Positions 1-10,949 of a stretch of DNA of 41,362 bases are shown piece after piece. Where the stretch lies: the NCBI GenBank assembly GCA_944358435.1, contig CALVRD010000003.1, positions 1-41,362 of the forward strand, given 5' to 3'. Source of the DNA: an uncultured Bacilli bacterium (lineage in GTDB: Bacteria; Bacillota_I; Bacilli_A; RF39; UBA660). The position numbers and the translations under genes were made by a program. Position 1 is the first letter of the stretch. Each line of letters opens with the position of its first letter. The notes beneath the pieces were generated by a model. It saw only the letters and a list, made by a program, of their open reading frames with translations, was not told where the DNA came from and made no database searches.

Positions 1-104
1 TGTCTTAATTACATTTTACTAGACTTATTGCTTTTTTACTATATTGAAAAGTCTCACATCAATTGTAACATTACAATTTTTATTTATAGATTTTAAGAAT
101 TTCG

Positions 105-133
105 TTGACTATTGTGTTGAAAGATGATATAAT
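105..133 (+). promoter_or_regulatory. sigma-A promoter of the capsule operon
   Basis: TTGACT (105-110), 17-nt spacer, TATAAT (128-133) with an extended TG; SD GAGGGGG precedes the ATG at 166. Confidence 0.7.
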
Positions 134-165
134 TATGTCGATTACTCGTGTAGAGGGGGATATGT

Positions 166-831
166 ATGGAAGAAATAAATCTAACAGAAGTGTACAGTTA
201 TTTTAAAGCAAGAATAATTTATATTTTAATAGCAGTGGTTGTAGTATTAATAGTTGGTAATATTTATACTTTATTAATTAAGACCCCAATGTATCAAAGC
301 AATACTACCATTGTTTTAGTAAGTGAAGAGAAAGATAATTTTAGCCAAAGTGATTTACAATTAAATCAAAAGTTAGTTGCTACTTATAGTCATATTATTA
401 AAAGTAGAAAAGTAGTTTCTAAAGTAATTGATAATTTAAATCTAAAAACTAGTGTTGCAGCATTATCTAACAATATTTCAGCAACTGCAGTAACTGATAC
501 AGAAATAATAAAGATTTCAGTAAATAGTTCAAATGCGAAAGAAGCTGCTTTAATTACTGATGAGGTTGCTAGAGTTTTCTCAGATGAAATTATAAGTATT
601 TATCATCTAGATAATGTTTCAGTATTAGATAAAGCTGAAATACCTAAAACGCCATATAATGTTAATTTCCTTAAGGATAATGTTATTTATTTACTAGTTG
701 GAATTATATTGTCATTTGGAGGAGTCTTTATTATGTACTATTTTGATACAACAATTAAATCTAGTGAAGTAATTGAAGACAAATTTGGGTTAACAGTACT
801 TGGTATTGTTCCTAGAGAAGGTAAGGAGTAG
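166..831 (+). CDS. Polysaccharide co-polymerase / chain-length regulator (CpsC/CapA/YveK type)
   Basis: Two terminal TM helices, P.YQS.TTI.V and LDKAEIPKTP motifs, C-terminal GLTVLG.VP; first gene before a BY-kinase. Confidence 0.9.
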   Translation: MEEINLTEVYSYFKARIIYILIAVVVVLIVGNIYTLLIKTPMYQSNTTIVLVSEEKDNFSQSDLQLNQKLVATYSHIIKSRKVVSKVIDNLNLKTSVAALSNNISATAVTDTEIIKISVNSSNAKEAALITDEVARVFSDEIISIYHLDNVSVLDKAEIPKTPYNVNFLKDNVIYLLVGIILSFGGVFIMYYFDTTIKSSEVIEDKFGLTVLGIVPREGKE

Positions 832-1550
832 TGAGTTATATGTCAACAGATTTAGTTATTAATGTTAATCCAAAGTCGAGATTTAGTGAATCTATTAAAA
901 CTATTCGTACAAATTTAGCTTTTTCTGCAATTAAAAAAGAAATGAAAGTTATTTTAAATACTTCGGCTCAAGTTGGAGATGGTAAAAGTTTTATTTCAGC
1001 TAATTTGGCTGTTGCTTATGCTCAAGAAGGAAAAAAAGTACTAGTAATAGATTGTGATTTAAGAAGAGGAAGACAACATGAGATATTTGAGGTAATGAAT
1101 ATAACTAGTGGTGGATATTCAAACTTAATCTTAAATTATAAAGAAGATATTGATTTAAAGAAATATATTATTCAGACAAGTAATAAAAATATTTATTTAT
1201 TACCAACAGGACCTATTCCTCCTAATCCAGTTGAATTATTGGGTTCAGAAAATAATGAAAAATTACTTGAGATTTTAAGAAATATATATGATGTAATTAT
1301 TCTAGATTGTCCGCCAGTTATAGGATTAAGTGATACATTAATTATGACGAGATATAGTGATGCTAATATAGTTGTTGTATCTAGTAAAAAAACAAAAATT
1401 GAAAGTTTAGATCGTGCTAAAAAAGCTTTTGAACAAGCTAATGCCAAAATTACAGGTGTTGTAATCAATAATGCTTCTGTCAAAGATAATAGTTACTATA
1501 GTTATTATTCAAATGATTACTATGGTGATAATAATAAGAAAAGGAAATGA
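831..1550 (+). CDS. Bacterial tyrosine kinase (CpsD/CapB type)
   Basis: Walker A GDGKS, A' IDCDLRR, Walker B ILDCPP, C-terminal Tyr cluster YYSYYSNDYY. Confidence 0.95.
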   Translation: MSYMSTDLVINVNPKSRFSESIKTIRTNLAFSAIKKEMKVILNTSAQVGDGKSFISANLAVAYAQEGKKVLVIDCDLRRGRQHEIFEVMNITSGGYSNLILNYKEDIDLKKYIIQTSNKNIYLLPTGPIPPNPVELLGSENNEKLLEILRNIYDVIILDCPPVIGLSDTLIMTRYSDANIVVVSSKKTKIESLDRAKKAFEQANAKITGVVINNASVKDNSYYSYYSNDYYGDNNKKRK

Positions 1551-2275
1551 AAGATTTACATTCCCATTTGCTTTTTGGTATTGATGATGGTAGTAGTAGT
1601 TTAGATGAGAGTGTTACTTTAATAAAAAAAGCGAGTGAAGAAGGAATAACAGATATTATGATTACCCCACATTATATGGAAGGTAGTCAGTATAATTGTA
1701 ACAATAAGAAAAAAAAGGAATTGTTTGACAGACTAGTTGATGAAGTGAAAAAAAACAAAATAAAGGTTAATTTATATTTAGGAAATGAAGTTTATATTTC
1801 ACAAAATATAGTAGAGTTATTAAATAAAAGAGAAATAGTGACTCTACACAATTCTAAATATTTATTACTTGAGTTTCCATCAGGAAACATGTTATACAAT
1901 ACAAAAGAAATAATATATGAATTAGTAGTTATGGGATGTGTTCCAATAATTGCTCATCCAGAGAGATATAGAATATTTCAAAGACACCCAGAGCATATGG
2001 AAGAATATCTAAGAATGGGTGTTTTATTGCAAGGAAATTATAAAAGTTTATTTGGAGTATATGGAAAAGATGCGAAAAAGACTTTAAAATATTTCTTACA
2101 AAAAGGATGGATTACTTTCTTAGGAAGTGATTGTCATCATGATGATAAATTCAATGTTAAAAAACTTAAAAAGAAATTGAAATCAATTTTAAAAAGTGAT
2201 AGTATGGTAGAGGATTTACTAAACAATAACTTTGATAAAGTAATAAAAGATGAAAATTCTGGCATCAAAAGATAA
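1547..2275 (+). CDS. PHP-family tyrosine phosphatase (CpsB/CapC type)
   Basis: DLHSHLL..IDDG, TPH, AHPERY, GSDCH motifs. Confidence 0.95.
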   Translation: MKDLHSHLLFGIDDGSSSLDESVTLIKKASEEGITDIMITPHYMEGSQYNCNNKKKKELFDRLVDEVKKNKIKVNLYLGNEVYISQNIVELLNKREIVTLHNSKYLLLEFPSGNMLYNTKEIIYELVVMGCVPIIAHPERYRIFQRHPEHMEEYLRMGVLLQGNYKSLFGVYGKDAKKTLKYFLQKGWITFLGSDCHHDDKFNVKKLKKKLKSILKSDSMVEDLLNNNFDKVIKDENSGIKR

Positions 2276-2321
2276 GTTTATAAGATAATAAATAATTAAA
2301 AAGGGTGAGGGGTGTATTATT

Positions 2322-2996
2322 ATGAATGGAGTATTAGATGTGGAAGAGATAAATACAAAGGAAAAAGTAGCAATTAAAGAATTAGGATATCTATTTATTA
2401 AAAGAACATTTGATATTATATGTGCAATTATTGGGTGTATATTCTTAATTCCTATCACAATTATTGTAAAAGTTGTTTCAATTTGTAGTGGAGATTTTCA
2501 TTCGATATTTTATACACAGAAAAGAATTGGTAAAGATGGAAAAATTATGCATTTATATAAATTTAGATCGATGATTCCAAATGCTGATGAAGTATTAAAA
2601 GACATGCTAAAAGAGGATAAATGGAAAAAAGAATGGGATAAAAATCAGAAATTTGAACATGATCCTAGAATAACTAAAATTGGTAATTTCTTACGAAAAA
2701 CTTCATTAGATGAAGTTCCACAATTTATTAATGTATTATGCGGCGATATGTCTATGATTGGTCCTAGGCCATTAATAGAAGGTGAACTTGATGCTCATAA
2801 TGGAGATCATGAATTATATGAAAGTGTAAGACCTGGAATAACAGGTTGGTGGGCATGTAATGGTAGAAGTGCTACTACATATGAAAAGAGATTGGAATTA
2901 GAATATTATTATATTAAGAATAAAAGTTTGTGGTTAGATATTAAGTGTGTATTTAAAACGATTAGTGCTGTTTTATTTAAAACAGGGGCAAAGTAA
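2322..2996 (+). CDS. Priming sugar-phosphate transferase (bacterial sugar transferase family)
   Basis: KR.FD, KFRSM, DPRITK.G.FLRKTSLDE.PQ, GDMS.IGPRP, PGITG motifs. Confidence 0.93.
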   Translation: MNGVLDVEEINTKEKVAIKELGYLFIKRTFDIICAIIGCIFLIPITIIVKVVSICSGDFHSIFYTQKRIGKDGKIMHLYKFRSMIPNADEVLKDMLKEDKWKKEWDKNQKFEHDPRITKIGNFLRKTSLDEVPQFINVLCGDMSMIGPRPLIEGELDAHNGDHELYESVRPGITGWWACNGRSATTYEKRLELEYYYIKNKSLWLDIKCVFKTISAVLFKTGAK

Positions 2997-3050
2997 ATAT
3001 AAATATATACTATGTTTATGCATGGTATATTTTTGTTAATGAGGTGTTTT

Positions 3051-5294
3051 ATGAATAACAAAAATAATGAACCATTACGTGTAGCTCAAGTTATTGGTAA
3101 ATGGCTTGGTGGAGGAGTAGAATCAGTAATAATGAATTATTATTGTCACAATGATCATAATAAAATACCATTTTATTTTATTTGTGATGAAGATTCTACA
3201 TGTATTCCAAGAGAAGAAATAGAAAAATTAGGTGGAAAAGTAATTGTAGTTCCCCCTTATCAAAAATTGAATAAATATCTGAAAGAATTAAAAAGAATAT
3301 TTAAAGAAAACAAATATCAAATAGTACATTCAAATATTAATGCATTAAGTGTATTTCCATTATATGCTGCCAAAAAGGCAGGAGTACCTGTAAGAATTGC
3401 TCATAGTCATTCTACAAGCAATAAGAAAGAATGGAAAAAAACGTTATTAAAAAACGTTTTACGGCCATTTAGTAAAGTATATGCAACAGATTACTTTGCA
3501 TGTAGTGAATTGGCTGGAAGATGGTTGTTTGGAAATAAGACATTTGAACAGGGAAAAGTAACTATTATAAATAATGCTATTGATTTGGATAAATTTAAAT
3601 ATGATGAAAAAATAAGAAAAGAAAAAAGGAAAGAACTAGGTATTAATGATGATACATTAGTAATTGGACATATTGGTAGATTTGTTGCACAAAAAAATCA
3701 TACATTCTTAATTGATATTTTTACTGAAATATTTAAGGAAAATTCTAATAGTGTACTATTATTAGCGGGAGAAGGGCCATTAAAAGATGAAATTCAAAAT
3801 AAAGTAAAAGAATTGGGTTTAGAAGAAAACGTTAAATTCTTAGGTCAAAGAAAAGATGCGAACGAACTATATCAAGCTTTTGATGTGTTTTTACTTCCAA
3901 GTTTATATGAAGGATTACCTGTTGTGGGAGTAGAGGCACAAGCTGCTGGCCTATTATGTGTCTTATCTGATGATATGACAAAAGAAACAAAGATAATTGA
4001 TTCTACAATATTTATGTCTTTAAAAGAAAAAACTTGCGCTTGGACAAATACTTTACTTGAACGATTTAACGACTTCGAAAGAAAAAACACAGAAATAGAA
4101 ATTTCTGATAATGGATTTAATATAGAGAGAGAGTCAAATAAATTGGAATATAAATATCTAGAAATGAGTAGTATCGAAAATCAGATAAGGAAAAGAATAC
4201 TTTATTTTGTAGATAATTTAAACTTTGGCGGTATACAATCATTTATTATGAATCTGATAGATGGATTTAATAAAAATGAATTTGATATTGAAATATTAAC
4301 ATTAAATTATGGGGAAGAATCAGTCATAGAAAAACAATTAAAACAGCATGGAGTAAATGTTTATAGATCAAATGAAAAGTTAAATAATATTTTAAGTTTT
4401 ATAAAATATGGTCAATTTTTGAAGAAATTTTTTGTAACACACAAATATGACGTTGTACACGTTCATGGTTCTAGTAAAAATTATATGGTATTAAAATATG
4501 CGAAAAAAAATAATGTTGCTACGAGAATAATTCACTCTCATAGTACAAGTTTTCAAACCAATAGTAAATCTAGAAAGATCATTGGTAATATTATGAAAAT
4601 GTTGATGAAAAAATATGCAAATAAATTTCTTGCTTGTTCCTATGAAGCTGGTTTATGGCTTTTTGGAAAAAAGATTGTTAATGGTAATTCCTTTTACGTG
4701 ATTAAGAACTGTATTAAAAATGATAAATATATATATAATAGTAAAATTAGAAATGTTACAAGAGAAGAACTTAATATAAAAAAAGATGCGGTAATAATAG
4801 GACACGTTGGTCGTATGATTGAAATAAAAAATCATAGTTATCTATTAAAAGTTTTTAAAGAGTATCAAAAATTAAATAGAAATTCAAAGTTACTATTAAT
4901 TGGTACTGGTCCATTAGAGGATCAACTAAAACAAGAGGCAAAAGATTTGAAAATTGATAGCGATGTTTTGTTCTTAGGATTTCAGAGTGAAACTAATAAA
5001 TACTTACAAGCCCTAGATATATTTGTATTGCCTAGTTTATTTGAAGGGTTACCAATGGTATTAGTTGAAGCACAAACAAATGGACTAAAATGTTTTGTTT
5101 CAGATAAAGTATCAAGAGAAGCAAAATTAAGCGATAATCTAGAATTTATAAATATAAATGAAGTACCAGAAAAATTTGCTGAAAAGATATTTAAAACTAA
5201 TTATGAACGAAATAATAATGTAAATTTAATTAAAAAAAGAGGATTTTTCTTGGAAGATGTTGTAAATGTGTTAGCTGATATATATTTAAAATAG
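3051..5294 (+). CDS. Fused double GT4 (EpsF-like) glycosyltransferase
   Basis: Two complete GT-B modules, each with GG, RI.HSHST, GH.GR...KNH and LPSL.EGLP...VEAQ; start moved to ATG 3051 behind SD GAGGTG. Confidence 0.9.
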   Translation: MNNKNNEPLRVAQVIGKWLGGGVESVIMNYYCHNDHNKIPFYFICDEDSTCIPREEIEKLGGKVIVVPPYQKLNKYLKELKRIFKENKYQIVHSNINALSVFPLYAAKKAGVPVRIAHSHSTSNKKEWKKTLLKNVLRPFSKVYATDYFACSELAGRWLFGNKTFEQGKVTIINNAIDLDKFKYDEKIRKEKRKELGINDDTLVIGHIGRFVAQKNHTFLIDIFTEIFKENSNSVLLLAGEGPLKDEIQNKVKELGLEENVKFLGQRKDANELYQAFDVFLLPSLYEGLPVVGVEAQAAGLLCVLSDDMTKETKIIDSTIFMSLKEKTCAWTNTLLERFNDFERKNTEIEISDNGFNIERESNKLEYKYLEMSSIENQIRKRILYFVDNLNFGGIQSFIMNLIDGFNKNEFDIEILTLNYGEESVIEKQLKQHGVNVYRSNEKLNNILSFIKYGQFLKKFFVTHKYDVVHVHGSSKNYMVLKYAKKNNVATRIIHSHSTSFQTNSKSRKIIGNIMKMLMKKYANKFLACSYEAGLWLFGKKIVNGNSFYVIKNCIKNDKYIYNSKIRNVTREELNIKKDAVIIGHVGRMIEIKNHSYLLKVFKEYQKLNRNSKLLLIGTGPLEDQLKQEAKDLKIDSDVLFLGFQSETNKYLQALDIFVLPSLFEGLPMVLVEAQTNGLKCFVSDKVSREAKLSDNLEFININEVPEKFAEKIFKTNYERNNNVNLIKKRGFFLEDVVNVLADIYLK

Positions 5295-5305
5295 TATCTA
5301 GGAGG

Positions 5306-6421
5306 ATGAAAATGAATTTTAATAAAAAAAGGATTGTCCAATTCATTATAATATTTCTTTTATTATTATACAAATATTTGTGTATGTGGTTTAAAAATTT
5401 GAATAATTATTTTTCATTGATAGTGATATTTGTAATGATACTTTCAATATTTTTCTTATTAAAAGAGGACTATTCGAAAGGTGTCATAAAAAAAATTATA
5501 ATAATTATAATCTTTTATCTTATTACTGCATACGTAGTTGGAACTATAGATATAATAGTATCTTTGTTATTTGCACTATTATTTTATAAGGAAAAAGATG
5601 GAGAAAAGAATTTTCTTAAAATGTTTATTACCATTTCAGCAGTTCTATTCTGCAGTACTATATTTTTATATTGTATTGGCATTTTGAATAATGTTTCATC
5701 AAGAAGATTAGTTAACGGAGAGATGATGGGTAGATATAGTTTAGGTTTTTCTCACGTAAATGCGGTGTTTATGTATTTCTTACCAATAATACTTGGATAT
5801 CTGTATTTAAATAATGAGCATATTAATACTAAACTTTTTTTAGCTATCGTTGATATTATCTCGCTTATATTATATAAATACTCATTATGTAGAACTGGCA
5901 TAATATTAGTAATTTTAATAAATATATTTATTATTTTTAGAAAAATTTTATTTACTAGCAAGGTATTTAAATTTATAATTAAGCATAGTTATTTTATTTT
6001 TGGTATTTTATCAATTGTTATTGCGTATCAGGTTGGGAATGATTTTAATAGTTCAATTAATAAGCTGCTTAGTTATAGACCGTATTATGTGTTATTAAAT
6101 TTAGAAAGATTTGGAATTCATTTTTTAGGATATGGTGTTAATAATGTCTTAGCGTTCAATATTATGATGGATAATGGTTATATGACAATCTTGTTAGCTT
6201 ATGGCTTAATATCATATATATTTTATTATTATTTTCATCTCAAAGCTTTTAATGATTTTAGTAAAAATTATTTTTATTTAATAGTACTTTCGATTTTTAG
6301 TTTTTACATGATATTTGAAAATGATGTTCTATATAGTACAAACTTTATTTTAACAATAGAATTTATTATGTTTTTGAGAGATAGTTCAAAGAAAGGAGTG
6401 AAATATATTGATGAAGACTGA
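5306..6421 (+). CDS. wzy: Putative Wzy polysaccharide polymerase
   Basis: About 10 hydrophobic segments, R.SLGF.H.N, RTG and DNGY motifs, central position in the capsule locus. Confidence 0.75.
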   Translation: MKMNFNKKRIVQFIIIFLLLLYKYLCMWFKNLNNYFSLIVIFVMILSIFFLLKEDYSKGVIKKIIIIIIFYLITAYVVGTIDIIVSLLFALLFYKEKDGEKNFLKMFITISAVLFCSTIFLYCIGILNNVSSRRLVNGEMMGRYSLGFSHVNAVFMYFLPIILGYLYLNNEHINTKLFLAIVDIISLILYKYSLCRTGIILVILINIFIIFRKILFTSKVFKFIIKHSYFIFGILSIVIAYQVGNDFNSSINKLLSYRPYYVLLNLERFGIHFLGYGVNNVLAFNIMMDNGYMTILLAYGLISYIFYYYFHLKAFNDFSKNYFYLIVLSIFSFYMIFENDVLYSTNFILTIEFIMFLRDSSKKGVKYIDED

Positions 6422-7385
6422 TAAGGTGTCTATAATTGTTCCATTTTACAATGCTGAAATGTTTATTGAGCGATGTATAATATCAATAATAGAACAAAGC
6501 TATAAAAATTTTGAATTATTATTAATTGATGATGGTTCAACTGATAAGAGCTATACTATCTGCGAAAAAATAAAAAAAGGACATTCTAATATAAAATTAT
6601 TTAAGAAAAAAAATGGAGGACCATCAAGTGCTAGAAATTATGGCATAGATAAAGCAACTGGTAAATATATCATGTTTGTTGATGCTGATGATTGCATTAG
6701 CAAAGATTGCTTAAAAAAGATGATAGAGACCGTCGATGACACCAGTTTAATTAAAGTAAATTACAATATTATAAAAGAACATAAGAACATTATTAACAAT
6801 AAAGAAATCTCTGGATTATCTAATATAGAAGTTATTGACAACATTTTATCATGTCATACGCAAGGCTTTATAGCGGGAACTCTTTTTTCAAAAAAAACAA
6901 TAGGTGATTTAAGGTTTGATGAAAGTACATTTTTTCTTGAAGATACTTTATTTTTGATACAATATTTAAAAAGAATTAAGACTGTAAAAATTGTTGATGA
7001 AGTATATTTTTATTTCATAAATAAAAATAGTATTACTGCTTCTAACGAAAAAATATTAACTAACATTATTTCAATAGATTATTCATTAAAACAAATTGAA
7101 AATGAACTTAAAACTATTGATATTAAAAATGTAAATGATAAGATAAATATGAAAAAGATTAAATTGATAGAAGCAGAATTAGCAAAAGTAAAATCAAGCT
7201 ATGAACTGTCCATTATTTTGAATAAAAAAGATTTTCAAGATATTTTGGCAAAAATCAACAGTCCAGAACGGTTTTCACAATTTTATAGAATTTACTTTTA
7301 TTTGTTAAGAAAAAAATGTAAAACATTTTTAATAATTTATGTTAAAATTAGAAAAGTCTTGAAAACTATAAAAAGTAACTTATAG
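6411..7385 (+). CDS. GT2 glycosyltransferase
   Basis: VSIIVP.YN, IDDGSTD, ARN.G, FVDADD. Confidence 0.92.
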   Translation: MKTDKVSIIVPFYNAEMFIERCIISIIEQSYKNFELLLIDDGSTDKSYTICEKIKKGHSNIKLFKKKNGGPSSARNYGIDKATGKYIMFVDADDCISKDCLKKMIETVDDTSLIKVNYNIIKEHKNIINNKEISGLSNIEVIDNILSCHTQGFIAGTLFSKKTIGDLRFDESTFFLEDTLFLIQYLKRIKTVKIVDEVYFYFINKNSITASNEKILTNIISIDYSLKQIENELKTIDIKNVNDKINMKKIKLIEAELAKVKSSYELSIILNKKDFQDILAKINSPERFSQFYRIYFYLLRKKCKTFLIIYVKIRKVLKTIKSNL

Positions 7386-7400
7386 GAGAGTGTGATATAT

Positions 7401-8393
7401 ATGAAGTTATCAATTATAATTCCATTATATAATTGTGAAAAATTTGTTAAAGAATGTTTAGATTCTATTTTTAATGAAGCTACAAATAAAGATAATTTTG
7501 AAGTTATATTAATAAATGACGGATCTACTGACAGAACTAAAGATATAATCTCTAATTATTCAATAAAGAGTAGTAACATTAAAATAATAAATCAAGAAAA
7601 TCATGGAGTTTCCTATTCTAGAAATTGTGGAATAAAAAAAGCCACTGGGAAGTATTTAATGTTTGTAGATGGTGATGATGTTCTTGAAAAATTTTGGTAT
7701 AAAAACATAAAAAAATATCTCGAAAACTCTAAGTATGATATTATATATTTTTCAAAAAATGGAGAATATATTAAAAAAGAAAAAATGCTTAGTTATATTA
7801 TTGGCTATAATGATAAAAATATATGTCTAGCAGGACCATATTCGAAGATATTTAAAAGAGAAATGATTTTAAAAAATGACATCAAATTTTATGAAGAATT
7901 GATTAATGGTGAAGATATGCTTTTCAATATTAGGGCATTTTTAGCTAGTAAAAGTATAAAAATTGATTCTGGAAGCTTTTATAAATATAGGATTTATAGC
8001 GGTTCTGCGACTAAAAAATTTGATTCAAATATTTTCTATTCAGATATTAAGTTTTATGAATACTTAAACGTCATTTTGACAACACAAATGGTAGAAGAGA
8101 AAACGATTAAAAATATAAGAGACTATTGTCTTGCAAATGCAGTTATGAATATTAGTGGAAGAGTATGTTATATTAGTTCATACAAGCTGGCAAAAAAATA
8201 TTTTAATAAGTTAAATAATAATCCATATCTTGAAATCAAAAAAAATGGTTACAAATTAGTAAATAATAAAAAAATTAGACTTATTTTATTATTATATAAA
8301 AAAAATATGTTTTTCTTTATATATAAAATATTATCATTTAATATATTAATTTTAAAGCATAAGCAAAAGAACACATTTTTTGAAATTTTATAA
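7401..8393 (+). CDS. GT2 glycosyltransferase
   Basis: LSIIIP.YN, NDGSTD, SRN.G, FVDGDD, GED..F. Confidence 0.92.
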   Translation: MKLSIIIPLYNCEKFVKECLDSIFNEATNKDNFEVILINDGSTDRTKDIISNYSIKSSNIKIINQENHGVSYSRNCGIKKATGKYLMFVDGDDVLEKFWYKNIKKYLENSKYDIIYFSKNGEYIKKEKMLSYIIGYNDKNICLAGPYSKIFKREMILKNDIKFYEELINGEDMLFNIRAFLASKSIKIDSGSFYKYRIYSGSATKKFDSNIFYSDIKFYEYLNVILTTQMVEEKTIKNIRDYCLANAVMNISGRVCYISSYKLAKKYFNKLNNNPYLEIKKNGYKLVNNKKIRLILLLYKKNMFFFIYKILSFNILILKHKQKNTFFEIL

Positions 8394-8412
8394 TAAATCA
8401 AAGGAGAAAAAT

Positions 8413-9552
8413 ATGAAAAAAATAGGAATTATAACTTTTCACAATTCTTACAATTGTGGATCGATGTTAGAGTCTTACGCCATGCAAGAAATTATAAAAA
8501 AATATGCTAATGTACCGGTTGAAATTATAGATTTTTCTAATGCAGGTCAAAAAAGGTTATATAACAGTTGGTTTAAAAATAATTTAAATAAAAATATTAT
8601 TAAAAATGTTTTACTAATTACTGCACATAAAAAAATTGTAAATAATAATAGTAAATACGAAATGTTTAAAAAGAAAAATTTTAATTTATCAAAAGAATAC
8701 ACAAGATTAGAAGATTTAGAAGATAAGGAATATATAATGGTAATTTCTGGAAGCGATCAAATTTGGAATATAACAATAGATGATAGCGATGATGCATATT
8801 TTTTACCATGGGTTAAAAATGCTAAGAAAGTTGCATATGCACCAAGTTTTGGAGCAAAAAGAATTCAAGATTACACTGCTGAAAGCGAAAAATATAAAAA
8901 TTATTTGAATTCATATGATGCGTTATCAATAAGAGAAAACAATGGTCGAAAATGGATTAAAGAATTGATAGGAAAAGATGTGCCAGTTTTAATTGATCCT
9001 ACTTTGCTATTGTCTAGTGAAGAATATGACAAGCTAGTATCCACTGATTTGACTGTAAATGGTAAATATATATTCTTTTATTGTCCAGATTTTAATCTTA
9101 ACATTTGTAAATATGTAAAGAATATATCAAAAAAATATCACTTGAAAGTTATTACATGGAGTACAAAATCATATTATATAAATTTTATCAAAAGATTTGG
9201 ATTTGAATTAGCAGAATATGAGAATCCAAGCGCATACTTATATTATATAAAAAATGCAGAACTAGTTATAACCACTTCATTTCATGGGACTATATTTTCT
9301 ACAATCTATAGAAAAAATTTTATTACAGTCAAAAATGGTGGTATGTATGGTAAAGATGACAGAGTGATAACATTATTATCACAACTTGATATGTTAGATA
9401 GACTTATTCCATATAAGTTTGATGAAGATTTTAATTATTTAGCCAATATAAATTATGACAACTATGAAAGAAATTTAAAAAGGCTAAAAGAAGAAGCAAA
9501 AGATTTTTTAATGAAAAATATAGGTGAATTAAAAGATGAAAGATGTGAATAA
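8413..9552 (+). CDS. Polysaccharide pyruvyl transferase family protein
   Basis: KIGIITFH..N.G, GSDQIWN, YAPSFG, SIRE, DPTLLL, TSFHGT.FS; SD AAGGAG before ATG 8413. Confidence 0.9.
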   Translation: MKKIGIITFHNSYNCGSMLESYAMQEIIKKYANVPVEIIDFSNAGQKRLYNSWFKNNLNKNIIKNVLLITAHKKIVNNNSKYEMFKKKNFNLSKEYTRLEDLEDKEYIMVISGSDQIWNITIDDSDDAYFLPWVKNAKKVAYAPSFGAKRIQDYTAESEKYKNYLNSYDALSIRENNGRKWIKELIGKDVPVLIDPTLLLSSEEYDKLVSTDLTVNGKYIFFYCPDFNLNICKYVKNISKKYHLKVITWSTKSYYINFIKRFGFELAEYENPSAYLYYIKNAELVITTSFHGTIFSTIYRKNFITVKNGGMYGKDDRVITLLSQLDMLDRLIPYKFDEDFNYLANINYDNYERNLKRLKEEAKDFLMKNIGELKDERCE

Positions 9553-10936
9553 AAATTTTATATATAATATTATTTATCAGCTCTTTATTTTTATTATACC
9601 GCTTATTTCAACACCTTATATATCTAGAGTATTGGGGGTAAATAATGTAGGTATATATTCTTATACATACTCAATTGTTTATTATTTTATGTTAGCATCT
9701 TTGCTAGGAATTAATAATTATGGAGCTAGATGTATTTCCAAAGATAGTAATAACAAAAATAAAATGTCCAAGAATTTTTTATCAATATATTTTCTTCAAT
9801 TGATGATGACATTGATAATGACAATAATATATTTTGGAATTGTTGTTTTTACAAATTATAATCACAAAGATATAATGATAATTCAATCTCTATTTTTATT
9901 ATCTACAGCAATAGATATTAATTGGCTTTTTTTTGGTATAGAAAAGTTCAAAATTACAATAAGTAGAAATATAATTATAAAGGTAATATCTTTGATTTTA
10001 ATATTTCTGTTCGTAAAAAATAATAATGATTTATGGAAGTATACTTTAATAATGAGTGGAAGTACTATTATAAGTCAAGCATATCTTTGGCTGTATATTA
10101 AAAAGTATATAGTATTTTGTAAAATAAGCATTAATGATATTATAAAAAATTTTAAACCTTGTTTAATTTTATTTGTTCCTGTTATAGCATATTCGATATA
10201 TAGGGTGATGGATAAAACTATGATTGGATTGCTTTCCAATACTATAGAACTAGGAAATTATGAAAGTGCAGAAAAAATAATTAATATACCAATTAGTTTT
10301 ATAACGGCTTTAGGTACAGTTATGATGCCACATATGTCGAAAACTTCACCTGAGGAATTTGATAAAAAAATAATCAGTACTTTTGAACTGTGTCTCTTTT
10401 TTATTTTGCCAATGGCATGTGGATTAGAAATAATAAGCAATGATTTTAGCACAATCTTTTTTGGTAAAGAATTTACTAAAGCTGGAGTTATAATAGAGCT
10501 TTTAGCACCTACCATAGTCTTTTCAGCAATTGCAAATGTAATAAGAACAAGTTATTTGATTCCCAAAGAGTTAGATAAATTATATGTAAAATCAACAATA
10601 TATGGTGCTATAGTCAATGTTATATTAAATTGTATTTTTATTAAAAGATATGGTGCATTAGGTGCATGTATTGGAACAATAGCGGCAGAATTTATAGTTA
10701 TGCTATATCAAATAATAAAAACTAGAACAAAAATTGATTATAAATATATTTTAGGAATTTTCTCAAAGTATTTAATTAAGGCATTGATTATGTCCATGGT
10801 TGTAATTATTATTGGAACGTTAATTGATAATATATGCTTAAAACTAATTGTTCAAATAATAGTGTCTATATTAATATATTCACTTTTATCTTATAGATAT
10901 ATATTATATGATTTTCTTAATATAAGAAACAATTAA
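9536..10936 (+). CDS. wzx: Wzx flippase
   Basis: PLI.TPY.SRVLG...G.Y start, DK.MIG, 12 or more TM segments. Confidence 0.92.
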   Translation: MKDVNKNFIYNIIYQLFIFIIPLISTPYISRVLGVNNVGIYSYTYSIVYYFMLASLLGINNYGARCISKDSNNKNKMSKNFLSIYFLQLMMTLIMTIIYFGIVVFTNYNHKDIMIIQSLFLLSTAIDINWLFFGIEKFKITISRNIIIKVISLILIFLFVKNNNDLWKYTLIMSGSTIISQAYLWLYIKKYIVFCKISINDIIKNFKPCLILFVPVIAYSIYRVMDKTMIGLLSNTIELGNYESAEKIINIPISFITALGTVMMPHMSKTSPEEFDKKIISTFELCLFFILPMACGLEIISNDFSTIFFGKEFTKAGVIIELLAPTIVFSAIANVIRTSYLIPKELDKLYVKSTIYGAIVNVILNCIFIKRYGALGACIGTIAAEFIVMLYQIIKTRTKIDYKYILGIFSKYLIKALIMSMVVIIIGTLIDNICLKLIVQIIVSILIYSLLSYRYILYDFLNIRNN

Positions 10937-10949
10937 AGGTGGTGAAAAA

